Below are positions 1 through 9,690 of a stretch of 64,000 nucleotides of DNA, piece by piece. The notes under the pieces were generated by a model. The model worked only from the letters and a program-made list of their open reading frames with translations. It did no database searches and was not told the origin of the DNA. A program made the position numbers and the translations under genes. Every line of letters begins with the position of its first letter. Position 1 is the stretch's first letter. The stretch comes from Polyangiaceae bacterium (GTDB taxonomy: Bacteria; Myxococcota_A; Polyangia; Polyangiales; Polyangiaceae), in assembly GCA_044376115.1 (NCBI GenBank), contig JBILLK010000003.1, forward strand, positions 384,001 to 448,000, given 5' to 3'.

Positions 1-1040
1 ATGCCGGAGAGGATGGCTTGTTGCAGCGCCAGGCCTCCAGCTTTGCTGGAGAGCAACTCGGTCAGCGCGCTCTTCATGCGGGCTTGGAACTTGGGGTGCT
101 TCAAGATTTTGTCGACGTTCTGTGCGATCGCCTGGACGTTCTTCGCGTCCCCGAGCAGCGCGGCGAACGTCTCTACGATGGCCGACTTGACCTCCGGCTC
201 CCGTAGCGCCTCGGAAGCGGCGGCGGCCAAGATGGTCTTTGTGCGAGGGCTCTGCAGCGCTTGTGAGAACACTCGCTTTAGGTCCGGCGCGTCGGCGAGC
301 CCCTCGACCGCAGCAACGGCGAAGTCAGCTGCTGCCGATTTGACCGCTGGGTCGGCTTTGGCCGCTGTCTTCCACGCGTTGATGTAGGCGTCGGATTTGC
401 CGCTGCTCTCGGCCTTCTCGAGGCTCTGCGCGAGGTCCTCCTCGGCTTTGGCCAGGTCGCGGTCGGCCATCGCTGACTGCACCATGCCGGAGACGTCGGC
501 GTCGGCGAAGATGGTTGCGAACTTGGAGTCCACCTCGGGGGCGTCCATCAATGAGGCCACGCCTGCGTCGATCGCTTTGTTCACCGCTTCCGCGCTCATC
601 GCCGCTTCCACGTGCTTTTCGACGCGCTCGGAAACCTCAGCTTCGCCCTTGGCGCCGGCCGCGATCTTTTGCAATGCCGCCATGACGCTCGGCTTCTTGA
701 GCGCAGCCGCCAAGATCTCGTCCATGTGCGGCTTGACCGCTGGGTCTGCGAGCAGCTGCTCGATCATCGTGCCCATGGCCTTGGACACCTCGGGATCGGC
801 GAAGACCTTCTGGAAGACCTCGTCTTGCTTCTTGACGGCCCGCGGATCGGAAAAGCCAGCCTCCACGAGCTCGGAGCCGAGGGCCTCGATCCGCTTCGAA
901 GTCTGCTCGTTGGCTGCGGCCTTCGCCTTGGCGGCTGCCGAGCTCTCGGCTTTGGCCGAGGTCGTGCCGTCTGGCTTGGTTGCGGGCTCACTGCAGCCCA
1001 ATCCGAACCAAAGAACCCAGGGAAGAACTCGCAGCCGCAT
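1..1040 (-). CDS. Alpha-helical lipoprotein with repeated DP/xP motifs; 3' end runs off the window (not in the ORF track)
   Basis: Hand translation from ATG at 1040 gives MRLRVLPWVLWFGLGCSEPATK (lipobox-like GLGC). No stop down to base 1. Recurring ADPEV/ADPAV/KKPSV/DAPEV/REPEV/KHPKF. Confidence 0.8.
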   Translation of the reverse strand, partial: MRLRVLPWVLWFGLGCSEPATKPDGTTSAKAESSAAAKAKAAANEQTSKRIEALGSELVEAGFSDPRAVKKQDEVFQKVFADPEVSKAMGTMIEQLLADPAVKPHMDEILAAALKKPSVMAALQKIAAGAKGEAEVSERVEKHVEAAMSAEAVNKAIDAGVASLMDAPEVDSKFATIFADADVSGMVQSAMADRDLAKAEEDLAQSLEKAESSGKSDAYINAWKTAAKADPAVKSAAADFAVAAVEGLADAPDLKRVFSQALQSPRTKTILAAAASEALREPEVKSAIVETFAALLGDAKNVQAIAQNVDKILKHPKFQARMKSALTELLSSKAGGLALQQAILSG

Positions 1041-1074
1041 GGCGACGCTTCCTAGCACAACCTCATTGTGGCGA

Positions 1075-2190
1075 TCACGGTGCGCCAGTGCGTTTGCGCG
1101 CCCAATCCACGGCCTGCCGCGGACGCAGGATGCCCGCTCCCTGAACCGCACGGTCGATGCCCTCAATCGGTTCAGCGGTTGCGCACAACCCCTCTTTGAT
1201 TTGCGCTGGCGTAAGATGCGGAGCGACCTCGAGCATTTGCGCTGCGACGCTGGCTGCGATGGGGGCAGCGAAGGAGGTCCCGTCCACGTGTTGGTACTCG
1301 GGCGAGATGTACTTCTGCTTGCGGATGCGGGTCTCGACCACGCGCATCAGCTCGGCGATCGATTCGCGTTCGGTCGGGGTCGACAGCGTATTGCGCTCGC
1401 TGAAGCCGTGCTCGGCGGAGAGCTCTTCGAGCACCGAGAGCAGCTGAAAGAGCGGCGCAGCTTCGCGCATGGTCAACGTGCCGGGGAGCATCGGCGCCGG
1501 TACCCAGATCGCCGGAGCGAGAAGATCCGGCTTTTGAACGCCTGCGCGATGGGAACCGTGGCTCGATGGCCAGACCTTTTCGAGTTCACCGTCGCTGTCC
1601 GGGGAGAAGCGGTCGTGTTGACCGCCCACGGTGATGGCTTGGGGTACCGAGCCTGGCGCTCCAACTTTGCGTCCCGGCGTATTGCCGGCGGCTGCGAACA
1701 CCGTCACGCCCGCCGCGACGATCTCCTCCACTGCACGCTCCACCTCTTCGTAGTGCGGGTCATCCTGATTGACCCCCAGCGAGATGTTGAGCACGCGGAT
1801 GTTGAGCTGCGGGTGTCGCAGCGGAAAGCGGATGGCGTGGGCAACGTGTTCGCCGATCACGCGGCCGTTGCCGATCCCGGCCTTGATCAGCACCACTTCG
1901 GCGTCGCTGGCGATGCCGCGGTAACTACCGCCCGAGCGGTAGCCGTTGCCAGCCGCTGCACAGGCCGTCATCGTCCCGTGCCAGCCGTAGGGCTGCGGTG
2001 AGAAGAACTCGTTCCCGTCCGGCACGTCGCGGGTCGCGTCGCCATACGCTCGAATGCGTCGTGCAGGTCGCATCAGGTCGGGGTGCGGGTAGAAGCCGAT
2101 GTCGACGAAGGCCATGACTACACCTTGGCCGGTGATGTCGGCGTAGGCGTCGAGGCGTTCGGGAATCGAGAGAAGTTGAATGCGACCCAT
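1075..2190 (-). CDS. S8 family (subtilisin/AprX-like) serine peptidase, probably cytoplasmic
   Basis: Triad motifs FVDIG, WHGTMTA and DGTSFAAP; oxyanion motif AAGN; no signal peptide. Confidence 0.88.
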   Translation of the reverse strand: MGRIQLLSIPERLDAYADITGQGVVMAFVDIGFYPHPDLMRPARRIRAYGDATRDVPDGNEFFSPQPYGWHGTMTACAAAGNGYRSGGSYRGIASDAEVVLIKAGIGNGRVIGEHVAHAIRFPLRHPQLNIRVLNISLGVNQDDPHYEEVERAVEEIVAAGVTVFAAAGNTPGRKVGAPGSVPQAITVGGQHDRFSPDSDGELEKVWPSSHGSHRAGVQKPDLLAPAIWVPAPMLPGTLTMREAAPLFQLLSVLEELSAEHGFSERNTLSTPTERESIAELMRVVETRIRKQKYISPEYQHVDGTSFAAPIAASVAAQMLEVAPHLTPAQIKEGLCATAEPIEGIDRAVQGAGILRPRQAVDWARKRTGAP

Positions 2191-2216
2191 GGTTCGTGAC
2201 CTTGTTTTCCGCCGGC

Positions 2217-3113
2217 TCAGCCCAGCGTGTTGGAGAGAAAACGTGAGAGTTCAGCTGCTACGCGTCCCGGCATTTCGATCTGAGGAGAGTGAGCGGCGGG
2301 CAACACGCAGAGCTCCGCCGAAGGCAGCAACCCTTTGGCTTTCATCGCGATCGGCAGCGGGAAGGCTTCATCGCGTTCACCCCAGAGCAGCAGCGTCTTT
2401 GCGCTGACGCTTTGCAGGGCGTGCTCACGCGAGACGCAATCTCCACGCAACGGGACCAGCTTGTCGAACGCTCCTTTGGCTCGTGCACCGCCTTTGGCCA
2501 GCGCGAGTTCACGACGCACAGCGAGCAGCTCTGCGCTGAGCCCATCCGTTGCAGCCGCACTCGCACCAAACAGCTCTTTGAGCCGCGCGAGCCGCTCCGG
2601 ACCCGCCTGCAAATAAAGCCGCGCTTGCAGCGAGATGTACGGTGAGAGTCCCATCGCCCCGATCAGCACCAACGCCTTGAGTACCGCGGGACGGCGCAGC
2701 GCGTGCTCCAGCGCGATCAACCCACCCAGCGAATGCCCGACCACGGCGACCGCTGCGAGCTCGTCCGCGAGCTCCGCGATCGGCGCCGCAAATGCGGACA
2801 ACGCGTCCGCTTGGCTCGGCGTCTTCGGAGGACGCCACGCCGAGTGACCGAAGCCGGGCACGTCCACTGCAACGAAGTGAAACTTTTCCTCGAGCTCTCG
2901 CATGATCGGAAGCCAGAGGCTCGCTGCGTGCCCGCGCCCGTGCACCAAAAGCACGGTGGGCTTCCTTTCGTCGGCCTTGGTCTCCAAGCTGCGCAGCGAA
3001 ATAGTCCCAACGATTCTGCGCCGGATCTGCACCACGTCAGCGAAGCGCGCGAGCCACGCAGCCTCGATTGGTCCCGGATTGGAGACCACGGTGACAATGG
3101 GGGCGCGAGTCAT
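2217..3113 (-). CDS. Alpha/beta fold hydrolase
   Basis: LLVHG, DVPGFGHS, nucleophile GHSLGG, WGERD, AAHSP. Start uncertain. Confidence 0.85.
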   Translation of the reverse strand: MTRAPIVTVVSNPGPIEAAWLARFADVVQIRRRIVGTISLRSLETKADERKPTVLLVHGRGHAASLWLPIMRELEEKFHFVAVDVPGFGHSAWRPPKTPSQADALSAFAAPIAELADELAAVAVVGHSLGGLIALEHALRRPAVLKALVLIGAMGLSPYISLQARLYLQAGPERLARLKELFGASAAATDGLSAELLAVRRELALAKGGARAKGAFDKLVPLRGDCVSREHALQSVSAKTLLLWGERDEAFPLPIAMKAKGLLPSAELCVLPAAHSPQIEMPGRVAAELSRFLSNTLG

Positions 3114-3219
3114 GCGAGCTGGGCACGTAAGCGCAAGCACGGCTCGTGGCAAGCGTCTTGCCACTGAACATTGGGGGCCCGGTCTTAAAGCGCTGCTCCG
3201 TGCGCCGCGCGACCGTGAT

Positions 3220-4353
3220 ATGGTCGCAACGCTCATGGGTACAATCGCCCCGCGTCAGGGCCTCGAGGATGCACTGAAGTCAATTGCGGGGTCACCCGTG
3301 GTCGTTCTGATCACAGGTCACCCCGATCCGGATGCCCTCGGGAGCGCGCTCGCTCACCAACGGATCTGTCAGGAGCTGGGTGTTCCTTGCACCATCGCCA
3401 ACGTGCAGCCGGTGTCTCACCGGCAGAACCGCGCGATGGTGAAGTTGCTCAACATCGACATGCTGCAGGTGCAGTCTGCAGATGACCTCGCTCCGTTCAA
3501 ATACCTGTCGCTGGTAGACACGTCGACAGCCGAGTCGACGATCGATCTGCCGGCCGACTTGAAGTTGTTCTCGGTGGTGGATCATCACAAGGCTGCCGAG
3601 GTGGACTGCGCCTTCGTGGACATTCGTCCGCACATGGGCGCAAGCTCGTCGATCTACGCTGAGTACATGGCGCACGGCCTCGCTCCGCTCGAGAGCATCA
3701 TGGGCGCATCGCGCGTCGCAACGGCGCTGCTCTTCGGCATCCAAACCGACACCAACGACTTCCAGCTCGCGACCGCTGCGGACTTCGCAGCCGCGGCCTA
3801 CGTGCGTCGCTTCACCGACTCGGACGTGCTCAAGCGCGTGAGCCGTCGCGTCTACTCGGCCTCGGGCATGACGGTGCTCGGGCGTGCGCTCGAGAACATG
3901 GTCGTCGTTCGTGACTTCGCCGTCGCTGGCGTGGGCTACGTCACGCTCGGAGATCGTGACGCCATCGCGACCACGTCGGACTTCATCCTGCAGCGTGAAG
4001 ATCTCGATACGGTGCTCGTGTTTGGCATCGTCGAGGATCGCATCGACGGCTCGCTGCGCACCGACAGCCCCAGCGTCGAGCCGGCCACCTTCCTCACCAC
4101 CGTCTTCGGCAAAGACCGCTCGGGCAAGCCGTATGGCGGCGGTCGCGCTGACAAAGGCGGCTTCCAGATCCCGCTCGGCGTGCTCGCCGAGAGTGAAGAC
4201 CGTGAGGCGCTGTGGAACATCGTCGATCAGATCGTTCGCTCGCGTTTGGCCAAGGTCGTTCCGGAGATTGAGCGCGAGTATGAGCGCCAGCACCCCGACA
4301 CCAACGGTCACCACCACGAAGAGACGAGCAGCCGCTTTTCGCGCGAGTTCTGA
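3220..4353 (+). CDS. DHH family phosphoesterase (NrnA-like oligoribonuclease/pAp phosphatase)
   Basis: GHPDPDALGS, LVDT, VVDHH, GIQTDT, GSLRT. Start at 3220 or 3235. Confidence 0.85.
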   Translation: MVATLMGTIAPRQGLEDALKSIAGSPVVVLITGHPDPDALGSALAHQRICQELGVPCTIANVQPVSHRQNRAMVKLLNIDMLQVQSADDLAPFKYLSLVDTSTAESTIDLPADLKLFSVVDHHKAAEVDCAFVDIRPHMGASSSIYAEYMAHGLAPLESIMGASRVATALLFGIQTDTNDFQLATAADFAAAAYVRRFTDSDVLKRVSRRVYSASGMTVLGRALENMVVVRDFAVAGVGYVTLGDRDAIATTSDFILQREDLDTVLVFGIVEDRIDGSLRTDSPSVEPATFLTTVFGKDRSGKPYGGGRADKGGFQIPLGVLAESEDREALWNIVDQIVRSRLAKVVPEIEREYERQHPDTNGHHHEETSSRFSREF

Positions 4354-4451
4354 CAGACCGCACGCCCACGAACGCTTCGGGCCGATCAGCAGTTCAAGCT
4401 GACCGGCCCGTTGCTTTGTTGCGCCCCAGAGCCCGAGCCCAGGGCTCGAGC

Positions 4452-5816
4452 TCAGACCTCGAGCTCGCTGATCGGTTCGTTGGTGAAGCCCTGCTCGTAG
4501 CCGAACTCGCTGATCGGCAGGCCACCACCGCGTAGGGCGGTGAGCAGCGCGCGCGAGGTGTTGCCACCACCGCCGTTGTAATGAACGTTACCGCGCAGTC
4601 GGCCACCGCCTTTGCCGCACAAGAGCATCGGCATGTTGTCCTGCGAGTGCGTCCAACCCTCGGTGTGTTCGGTCGTCACCAGGATTGAGCTGTTGTCGAG
4701 CAGGTTGGCAGCGCCTTCCTGGGTCGTACGCAGCTTCTCGAGGAAGTAGGCGAGCTGCGACATGGTGAACTTCACCGCGTCGCGCTGCTTCGAGTACGGC
4801 GCCGGCTCGGTGTGGTTCATGTAGTGCTGACCGTCGGTGGAGCCCACCATCCAAAAGACGGCGCCGCTGCCAGCCGTGGAGAACATGAGCGAGAACGTTC
4901 GCGTTAGGCCGCAGGCCAGCGCCAGCGCGATCAGATCGCTCATCGCGCGGTTCTTCTCCTCCATGAACTCGATGCCAGCCTCATCGGGATAGTCCCCGGG
5001 ATCTCCGGGCTTGGTGCACTCGGCGATCGGCGCCTTCAAACGCGCCTCGAGGTCGGAGATGCTCGAGAGATGTTGGTCCAGCCGCTGTCGATCTTTGGCG
5101 CCTAGCTTGGGCGAGAGCGAGGCGATCTGCCCGGAGACGGCGTTCAAGACGCTGGCCCGCGCCGAGAGCACCAGCGGCTCAGCGGTGCCTTGATTGAACA
5201 AGCGATCAAACAGCGCGTGCGGTGATTCCTCCGAAGGGTTGACGTTGGTTTCGCCGGCGAGGCTGCCGTTGTGTGAGAGGTATTGGAAGCTGGTGCCCTC
5301 ATCGGTACCGCGGAACTTGGTGACCGCGGCCTCCAGCGAGCGATAGGGCGTCGGGGAGACCGTCTGATAGTGCGCGGCGGCGATCTGATCGATCGACGGG
5401 TATTTGAAGGTCGATACGATGGTGTCGCGCACGTCGTCCACTTTGAGATGCGGGCCGCCACTGTTGACCGCCGACATCCCGGAGTGATGCGCGTGCCGCG
5501 GGGTCTTTACGTCGAGCCCGCTGATCACGCTGACGTAGTTGCGTAAAGGCAACAGCGACGCGAGGGCGAAGTCTGCCGGCACCTCCCAATTCGACCCCAC
5601 GTTGGTCGGCGTCCAGCTCGGAAGATGCACGCCGTTGCCGAAGAACCAAAGGCCAAAGCGCGTGGGCAGCGCCTCACCATCTGCGAAGGCTTCGCCGTGG
5701 TCGTTGAGCATAAAGTCGAACACCGGCAGGCCCACGGTGACGGTGGCCCCAGCCGCGAGCCCACGCAGAAAGAGGCGCCGCGAACGTTGACGTCGGTTCA
5801 TGCGCTGAATGCTCAT
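4452..5816 (-). CDS. DUF1552-type protein with Tat-like leader
   Basis: SRRLFLRG...VGLPVFD, FFGNG, SIDQ, SVL, RLDQHLSSISDLE and C-terminal HSQDNMPMLLCG are typical of this family. Confidence 0.85.
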   Translation of the reverse strand: MSIQRMNRRQRSRRLFLRGLAAGATVTVGLPVFDFMLNDHGEAFADGEALPTRFGLWFFGNGVHLPSWTPTNVGSNWEVPADFALASLLPLRNYVSVISGLDVKTPRHAHHSGMSAVNSGGPHLKVDDVRDTIVSTFKYPSIDQIAAAHYQTVSPTPYRSLEAAVTKFRGTDEGTSFQYLSHNGSLAGETNVNPSEESPHALFDRLFNQGTAEPLVLSARASVLNAVSGQIASLSPKLGAKDRQRLDQHLSSISDLEARLKAPIAECTKPGDPGDYPDEAGIEFMEEKNRAMSDLIALALACGLTRTFSLMFSTAGSGAVFWMVGSTDGQHYMNHTEPAPYSKQRDAVKFTMSQLAYFLEKLRTTQEGAANLLDNSSILVTTEHTEGWTHSQDNMPMLLCGKGGGRLRGNVHYNGGGGNTSRALLTALRGGGLPISEFGYEQGFTNEPISELEV

Positions 5817-7492
5817 TGGCCCTGCTCCATGGTTTCTTCAGCTTGGGGGGTCGCGTAGCGAAAGCCGTCGTTGGTCACCAGCGAGACGACCAGCGATTGA
5901 AACGCGAAGTCACTCGCGACGAACTCGTCCACCACCGTCTGCACTTCAGTCGCCTCTCCCTCGGTCGCGAGATGAGCGCCGGCATGTTCGTAAAAGCGCC
6001 GCGCAATGCAGGCCGAAGCCTGCGGTAGCTCAGCGATGTAGGCCGCCATTTCGACCGCGCCCGTGAGGGGAACGCCGTTGACCTCGGTCTCCACGTCCAA
6101 CATCAGGCCGTTCTCATCGACGGTTCGAAAGCGACCGATGGCGTCGAACTGCTCGAAGGCAAAGCCGATCGGATCCATCTGATCGTGGCACGCCGCGCAA
6201 GCCGGGTCATTGCGGTGCTGGGCAAGCCGCTCGCGTAGGGTTTGCAGCGGCTGGCCCGGCTCCGGCTCGGGGAGTGAGGTCGAAACGCCGGGCGGTGGCG
6301 GCGGAATGTCCTCGCACAAAAGGTTGATGCGCACGAAGCGACCGCGATGCGTCGGGGAGGTCTGCGTCTCATGGGCGTTGAGCGCGAGGAAGCCGGGTGT
6401 GGTTAGCAGACCAGCGCGAGCGGAGTCGGCGGCCAGGGTCACCGGCACGAAGTCTTGTGCACCCGTCCATTCAACACCGTACAGGTTGGCCAGCTCCTCG
6501 TTGAGGAACGTCTCTCGCGTCGAGAAGACCGAGCGGAAGTCCGCCGCTGGATCGAAGGCCACCGCTTGGAAGATCTGCTCCATCTCGCTGCGCATCGAGG
6601 CGCCCATCGTCGCCGAGAACTGCGGGAAGGCCTCCGCGCTCTTGTCCACCGTATCGAGCGCCGTCACGTTCATGAAGTCGCGGAAGAAGCGGGTGAGCGC
6701 CTCTTTGGCGCGCGGCAACGCGAGCAGCCTGCGCGCCTCTTCTTCGACTCGTTGCGGATCCTGCAGTTTACCCTCACGGGCGGCCTGCCTCAGCTCTTCA
6801 TCCGGCGGCGAATCAGCGAGCAGGAACGAAAGCCGACTGGCCATCTCCCAGTGCGTGAAGCGCAACAAGTCGGCGCGCTGCGGATCTTGCTCTCCAACCT
6901 CCACGCGAAACAGAAAGTGCGGAGATTGAAGCACCGCCGCGAGACCAAACTTCACGCCTGCGATCGGGTCGCCGAGGTCAGCGCCGATCGCGCTCATCAG
7001 CGTGAGCAGCTGCGTGACCTCGTCCGTTGCAGCAGGCCTGCGCCACGCCTGCTCCAAGAAGCTCTCGAGAAACGGCCGCAAACAGGCTTCATTCAAGCTG
7101 GCGTCGTCGCAGCCGAGCAACGCCGTGCGACGTGCTGGATCGCTCCAAACTTGATCGAGCACGGCGTAGGTCGCTTGCTCGTACTTCTCTGCATCGACCG
7201 GCGCGATCGTCGTGCTCGCAGCGGCGATCGATGAAAAACCGTAGAGTCGATCATCGCCGGGTAAATCGCTCGGGAGCGCCAGCGGCTCACCGAATAGATC
7301 GAGCCAGCTGTTCTGCAGCTGCATCGCCGTAAGTCGATGCAGCGTCGCTTCGGCCGGAATGAAGCTCGGCTGCACAGGCGGCGGATCCGTCTCCTCGCCG
7401 CTCGCACCCTGATTGCCGATCTCACCAATGCAGCCCGTGGGCGCGAGCAGCCCCACCAAGAGCCAAGCACGCCAATGACTCGTACCCAACAT
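5813..7492 (-). CDS. DUF1587/1595/1592/1588/1585-type multidomain lipoprotein with a CxxCH motif
   Basis: Lipobox PTGC; LHRLT, AWRRP, LQSPHFLFRVE, MASRLSFLL, RAGLLT, TSPTHRG, CAACH, DPIGFAFEQFDAIG. ATGA overlap with the DUF1552 gene. Confidence 0.87.
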   Translation of the reverse strand: MLGTSHWRAWLLVGLLAPTGCIGEIGNQGASGEETDPPPVQPSFIPAEATLHRLTAMQLQNSWLDLFGEPLALPSDLPGDDRLYGFSSIAAASTTIAPVDAEKYEQATYAVLDQVWSDPARRTALLGCDDASLNEACLRPFLESFLEQAWRRPAATDEVTQLLTLMSAIGADLGDPIAGVKFGLAAVLQSPHFLFRVEVGEQDPQRADLLRFTHWEMASRLSFLLADSPPDEELRQAAREGKLQDPQRVEEEARRLLALPRAKEALTRFFRDFMNVTALDTVDKSAEAFPQFSATMGASMRSEMEQIFQAVAFDPAADFRSVFSTRETFLNEELANLYGVEWTGAQDFVPVTLAADSARAGLLTTPGFLALNAHETQTSPTHRGRFVRINLLCEDIPPPPPGVSTSLPEPEPGQPLQTLRERLAQHRNDPACAACHDQMDPIGFAFEQFDAIGRFRTVDENGLMLDVETEVNGVPLTGAVEMAAYIAELPQASACIARRFYEHAGAHLATEGEATEVQTVVDEFVASDFAFQSLVVSLVTNDGFRYATPQAEETMEQGQ

Positions 7493-7531
7493 GCCCCAAG
7501 GTTACCCGGCGTTCGCAGGGCGGGGGAAGGA

Positions 7532-8398
7532 TCAGCGGCGAGGCAGGTTTTTACGACCGAGGGTCAATTGATAGAGATCGCGCTTCGCCCAGCCTGTCTC
7601 CACCGTCAGCCGCTCCGCGACGTCTCGGGCGCGCAGCCCACTCGCGAGGGCCTGGTCCACGAGCTCGGTCACGGCCTGTTCATCCAGCTGACCACGCTCC
7701 AGCGAGTAGGGCTCGAGCACCACCGTCAGTTCGCCCAGCCACTCCTTGTTTGCGAGCGATTCGGCGAGCTCGCCCAGCGGACCTTCACTCAGCTCCTCGT
7801 GAAGTTTGGTCAGCTCCCGGCCGATCATCGCACGCCGAAGTGGCTGAATTCGTGCGAGATCCAGCAGAGTTTCCGCCATGCGCGGAGGAGCCTCAAACAG
7901 GATGATGGCCTCTCCGGTCTGCGCGATACGGCTGAGCGCCTGCGCGCGCTCGTTACCGCCTCGCGGCAAAAATCCAAGAAAGAGGAAGGCCGAGGTCGCG
8001 TAGCCGGAGGCTGAGAGCGCTGTCACCACCGCGCTCGCGCCCGGGATGGGCACGACCTTCCAACCGCGCGCCCGAGCGACGCGAACCACCAAGGCGCCAG
8101 GATCGCTGACCGAGGGCGTCCCGGCGTCGGTCACGACGGCCAACGAACCACCCACCGCGACCTCGCCCAGCAGCGATTCCACCTGCTCCTCGGTCGAGTT
8201 GGCGTCCAGCCTGCGAATGGGCTTTTCGGGGTGGCCGACGTGATTGAGCAATATGCGCGAGCGTCGCGTGTCTTCCGCCGCAACGAAGGCCACGCTTCCG
8301 AGCACGTTGCGCGCGCGTAGGCTCAGGTCCTCGAGGTTCCCGATCGGCGTCGCGACGATATAGAGAACCCCGACCTCTGATGTTTCGAGGCTCGCCAT
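7532..8398 (-). CDS. rsmI: 16S rRNA (cytidine1402-2'-O)-methyltransferase
   Basis: LYIVATPIGNLED, AEDTR, DAGTPSVSDPG, RELTKLHEE. Confidence 0.95.
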   Translation of the reverse strand: MASLETSEVGVLYIVATPIGNLEDLSLRARNVLGSVAFVAAEDTRRSRILLNHVGHPEKPIRRLDANSTEEQVESLLGEVAVGGSLAVVTDAGTPSVSDPGALVVRVARARGWKVVPIPGASAVVTALSASGYATSAFLFLGFLPRGGNERAQALSRIAQTGEAIILFEAPPRMAETLLDLARIQPLRRAMIGRELTKLHEELSEGPLGELAESLANKEWLGELTVVLEPYSLERGQLDEQAVTELVDQALASGLRARDVAERLTVETGWAKRDLYQLTLGRKNLPRR

Positions 8399-8409
8399 CG
8401 TGTGTGCTC

Positions 8410-9591
8410 TCAGCCGCGCGAGACCGCGTCACCAAGCTCCAGCTTCAGGTAGTCGCGCAGCTTGTGATGCAGCCGTGCTTCGAGCTGGCGCACGCGCTCA
8501 CGTGAAACGCCGAACTCATCTCCGAGCTCCTGCAACGTCAGCGGGTCTTCTGCGCTCATCCGCTTGTCGAAGATGATGACGTCCTTGCCTTTGAGCGTCT
8601 TGCGGAACTCCTTCAGGCGGTCGGAGATCAGCTGATCCATCTCGTGTCGCTCGAGCAGGCTGTCGGGGCCAAAGTTCGCCGACGGCATCAAGTCGATGCG
8701 CGAGACGCTACGGCCTTCGGCGTCACCAACGGGAGCGTCGAGGCTGGCCTCAGCGCTCGCGAGCCTGCGATCCATCTCGACCACTTCGTGCGTCTCTACG
8801 CCGAGCCGCTCAGCGATCAAGTCGGCGGAAGGATCGATCCCTAGCGCGGCGAGCTTGGCCTTCTCCTTGTTGAGGTTGAAGAACAACTTTCGCTGTGCCT
8901 GCGTCGTCCCCAGTTTGACTAGCCGCCAGTTGTTGAGGATGAAGCGCAACATGTACGCGCGGATCCACCAAGCGGCGTAGGAGGAGAGCTTGACTCCACG
9001 GTACGGGTCATAGCGCTTCACCGCCTGCATCAGGCCGATGTTGCCCTCCTGAATGAGGTCCATGATGTTCTTGTACGCACGGCGGTATTCGTACGCGAGC
9101 TTGACCACCAGCCGAAGGTTGGCTGTGACCAGCTTGGCGGCGGTACGCACGTCCTGCGTCTCAACGTACTGACGCGTTAGGTCTTGCTCCTCCTGTGCGG
9201 TTAGCAGCTTGTAACGCTGCACTTCACGCAGGTAGGCCTGCAACGGATCGGTGCGCGAAAGCGCAGCCGAGCTCATCGGCGCCGACTCGGGCGGCATGCT
9301 GGTGCGGCCGGAGTCGGGTGATTCCTCGCGGTCCGCGTCGAAGTCGTCCTCGCCGTCCTCGACGACCTCACCAACGGCCTCGATCACTTCACCGCGATCG
9401 CCGACCTCTTCGACTTCTTCGCCGTCCGACTCACCTGCGTCTCCACGCAACGATTCGGGGCCGTCGCCCTCTTCGTCCACGTCGGCCTCGCGTGTTCGTG
9501 CGCTGGCCGCGGGCTTCTTCGGACTCGAGGCCTTGGCGCTCGACCGCGAGGTCTTTTCCTTCGCTGAGGGGTCAGTGAGTTTTCGAGCCAA
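8410..9591 (-). CDS. RpoH (sigma-32)-like sigma factor with acidic N-terminal extension
   Basis: [22 protein letters not shown], RpoH box QRKLFFNL, SRERVRQLE. TTG start preceded by GGAG. Confidence 0.92.
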   Translation of the reverse strand: MARKLTDPSAKEKTSRSSAKASSPKKPAASARTREADVDEEGDGPESLRGDAGESDGEEVEEVGDRGEVIEAVGEVVEDGEDDFDADREESPDSGRTSMPPESAPMSSAALSRTDPLQAYLREVQRYKLLTAQEEQDLTRQYVETQDVRTAAKLVTANLRLVVKLAYEYRRAYKNIMDLIQEGNIGLMQAVKRYDPYRGVKLSSYAAWWIRAYMLRFILNNWRLVKLGTTQAQRKLFFNLNKEKAKLAALGIDPSADLIAERLGVETHEVVEMDRRLASAEASLDAPVGDAEGRSVSRIDLMPSANFGPDSLLERHEMDQLISDRLKEFRKTLKGKDVIIFDKRMSAEDPLTLQELGDEFGVSRERVRQLEARLHHKLRDYLKLELGDAVSRG

Positions 9592-9690
9592 GGGCAGTCT
9601 CCAGGAGCAGGTATGTCACAAGGGTAGGTCGTTGCCTAGTTGGTTCGCGCCCGGCTCGAGTCCTACGCCAAGGCATGATAGACCGGAATC

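Noticed and set aside
397..2001. 534-aa plus-strand ORF
   Set aside because: Antisense shadow of the minus-strand lipoprotein and S8 protease; long shadow ORFs are expected at this GC content.
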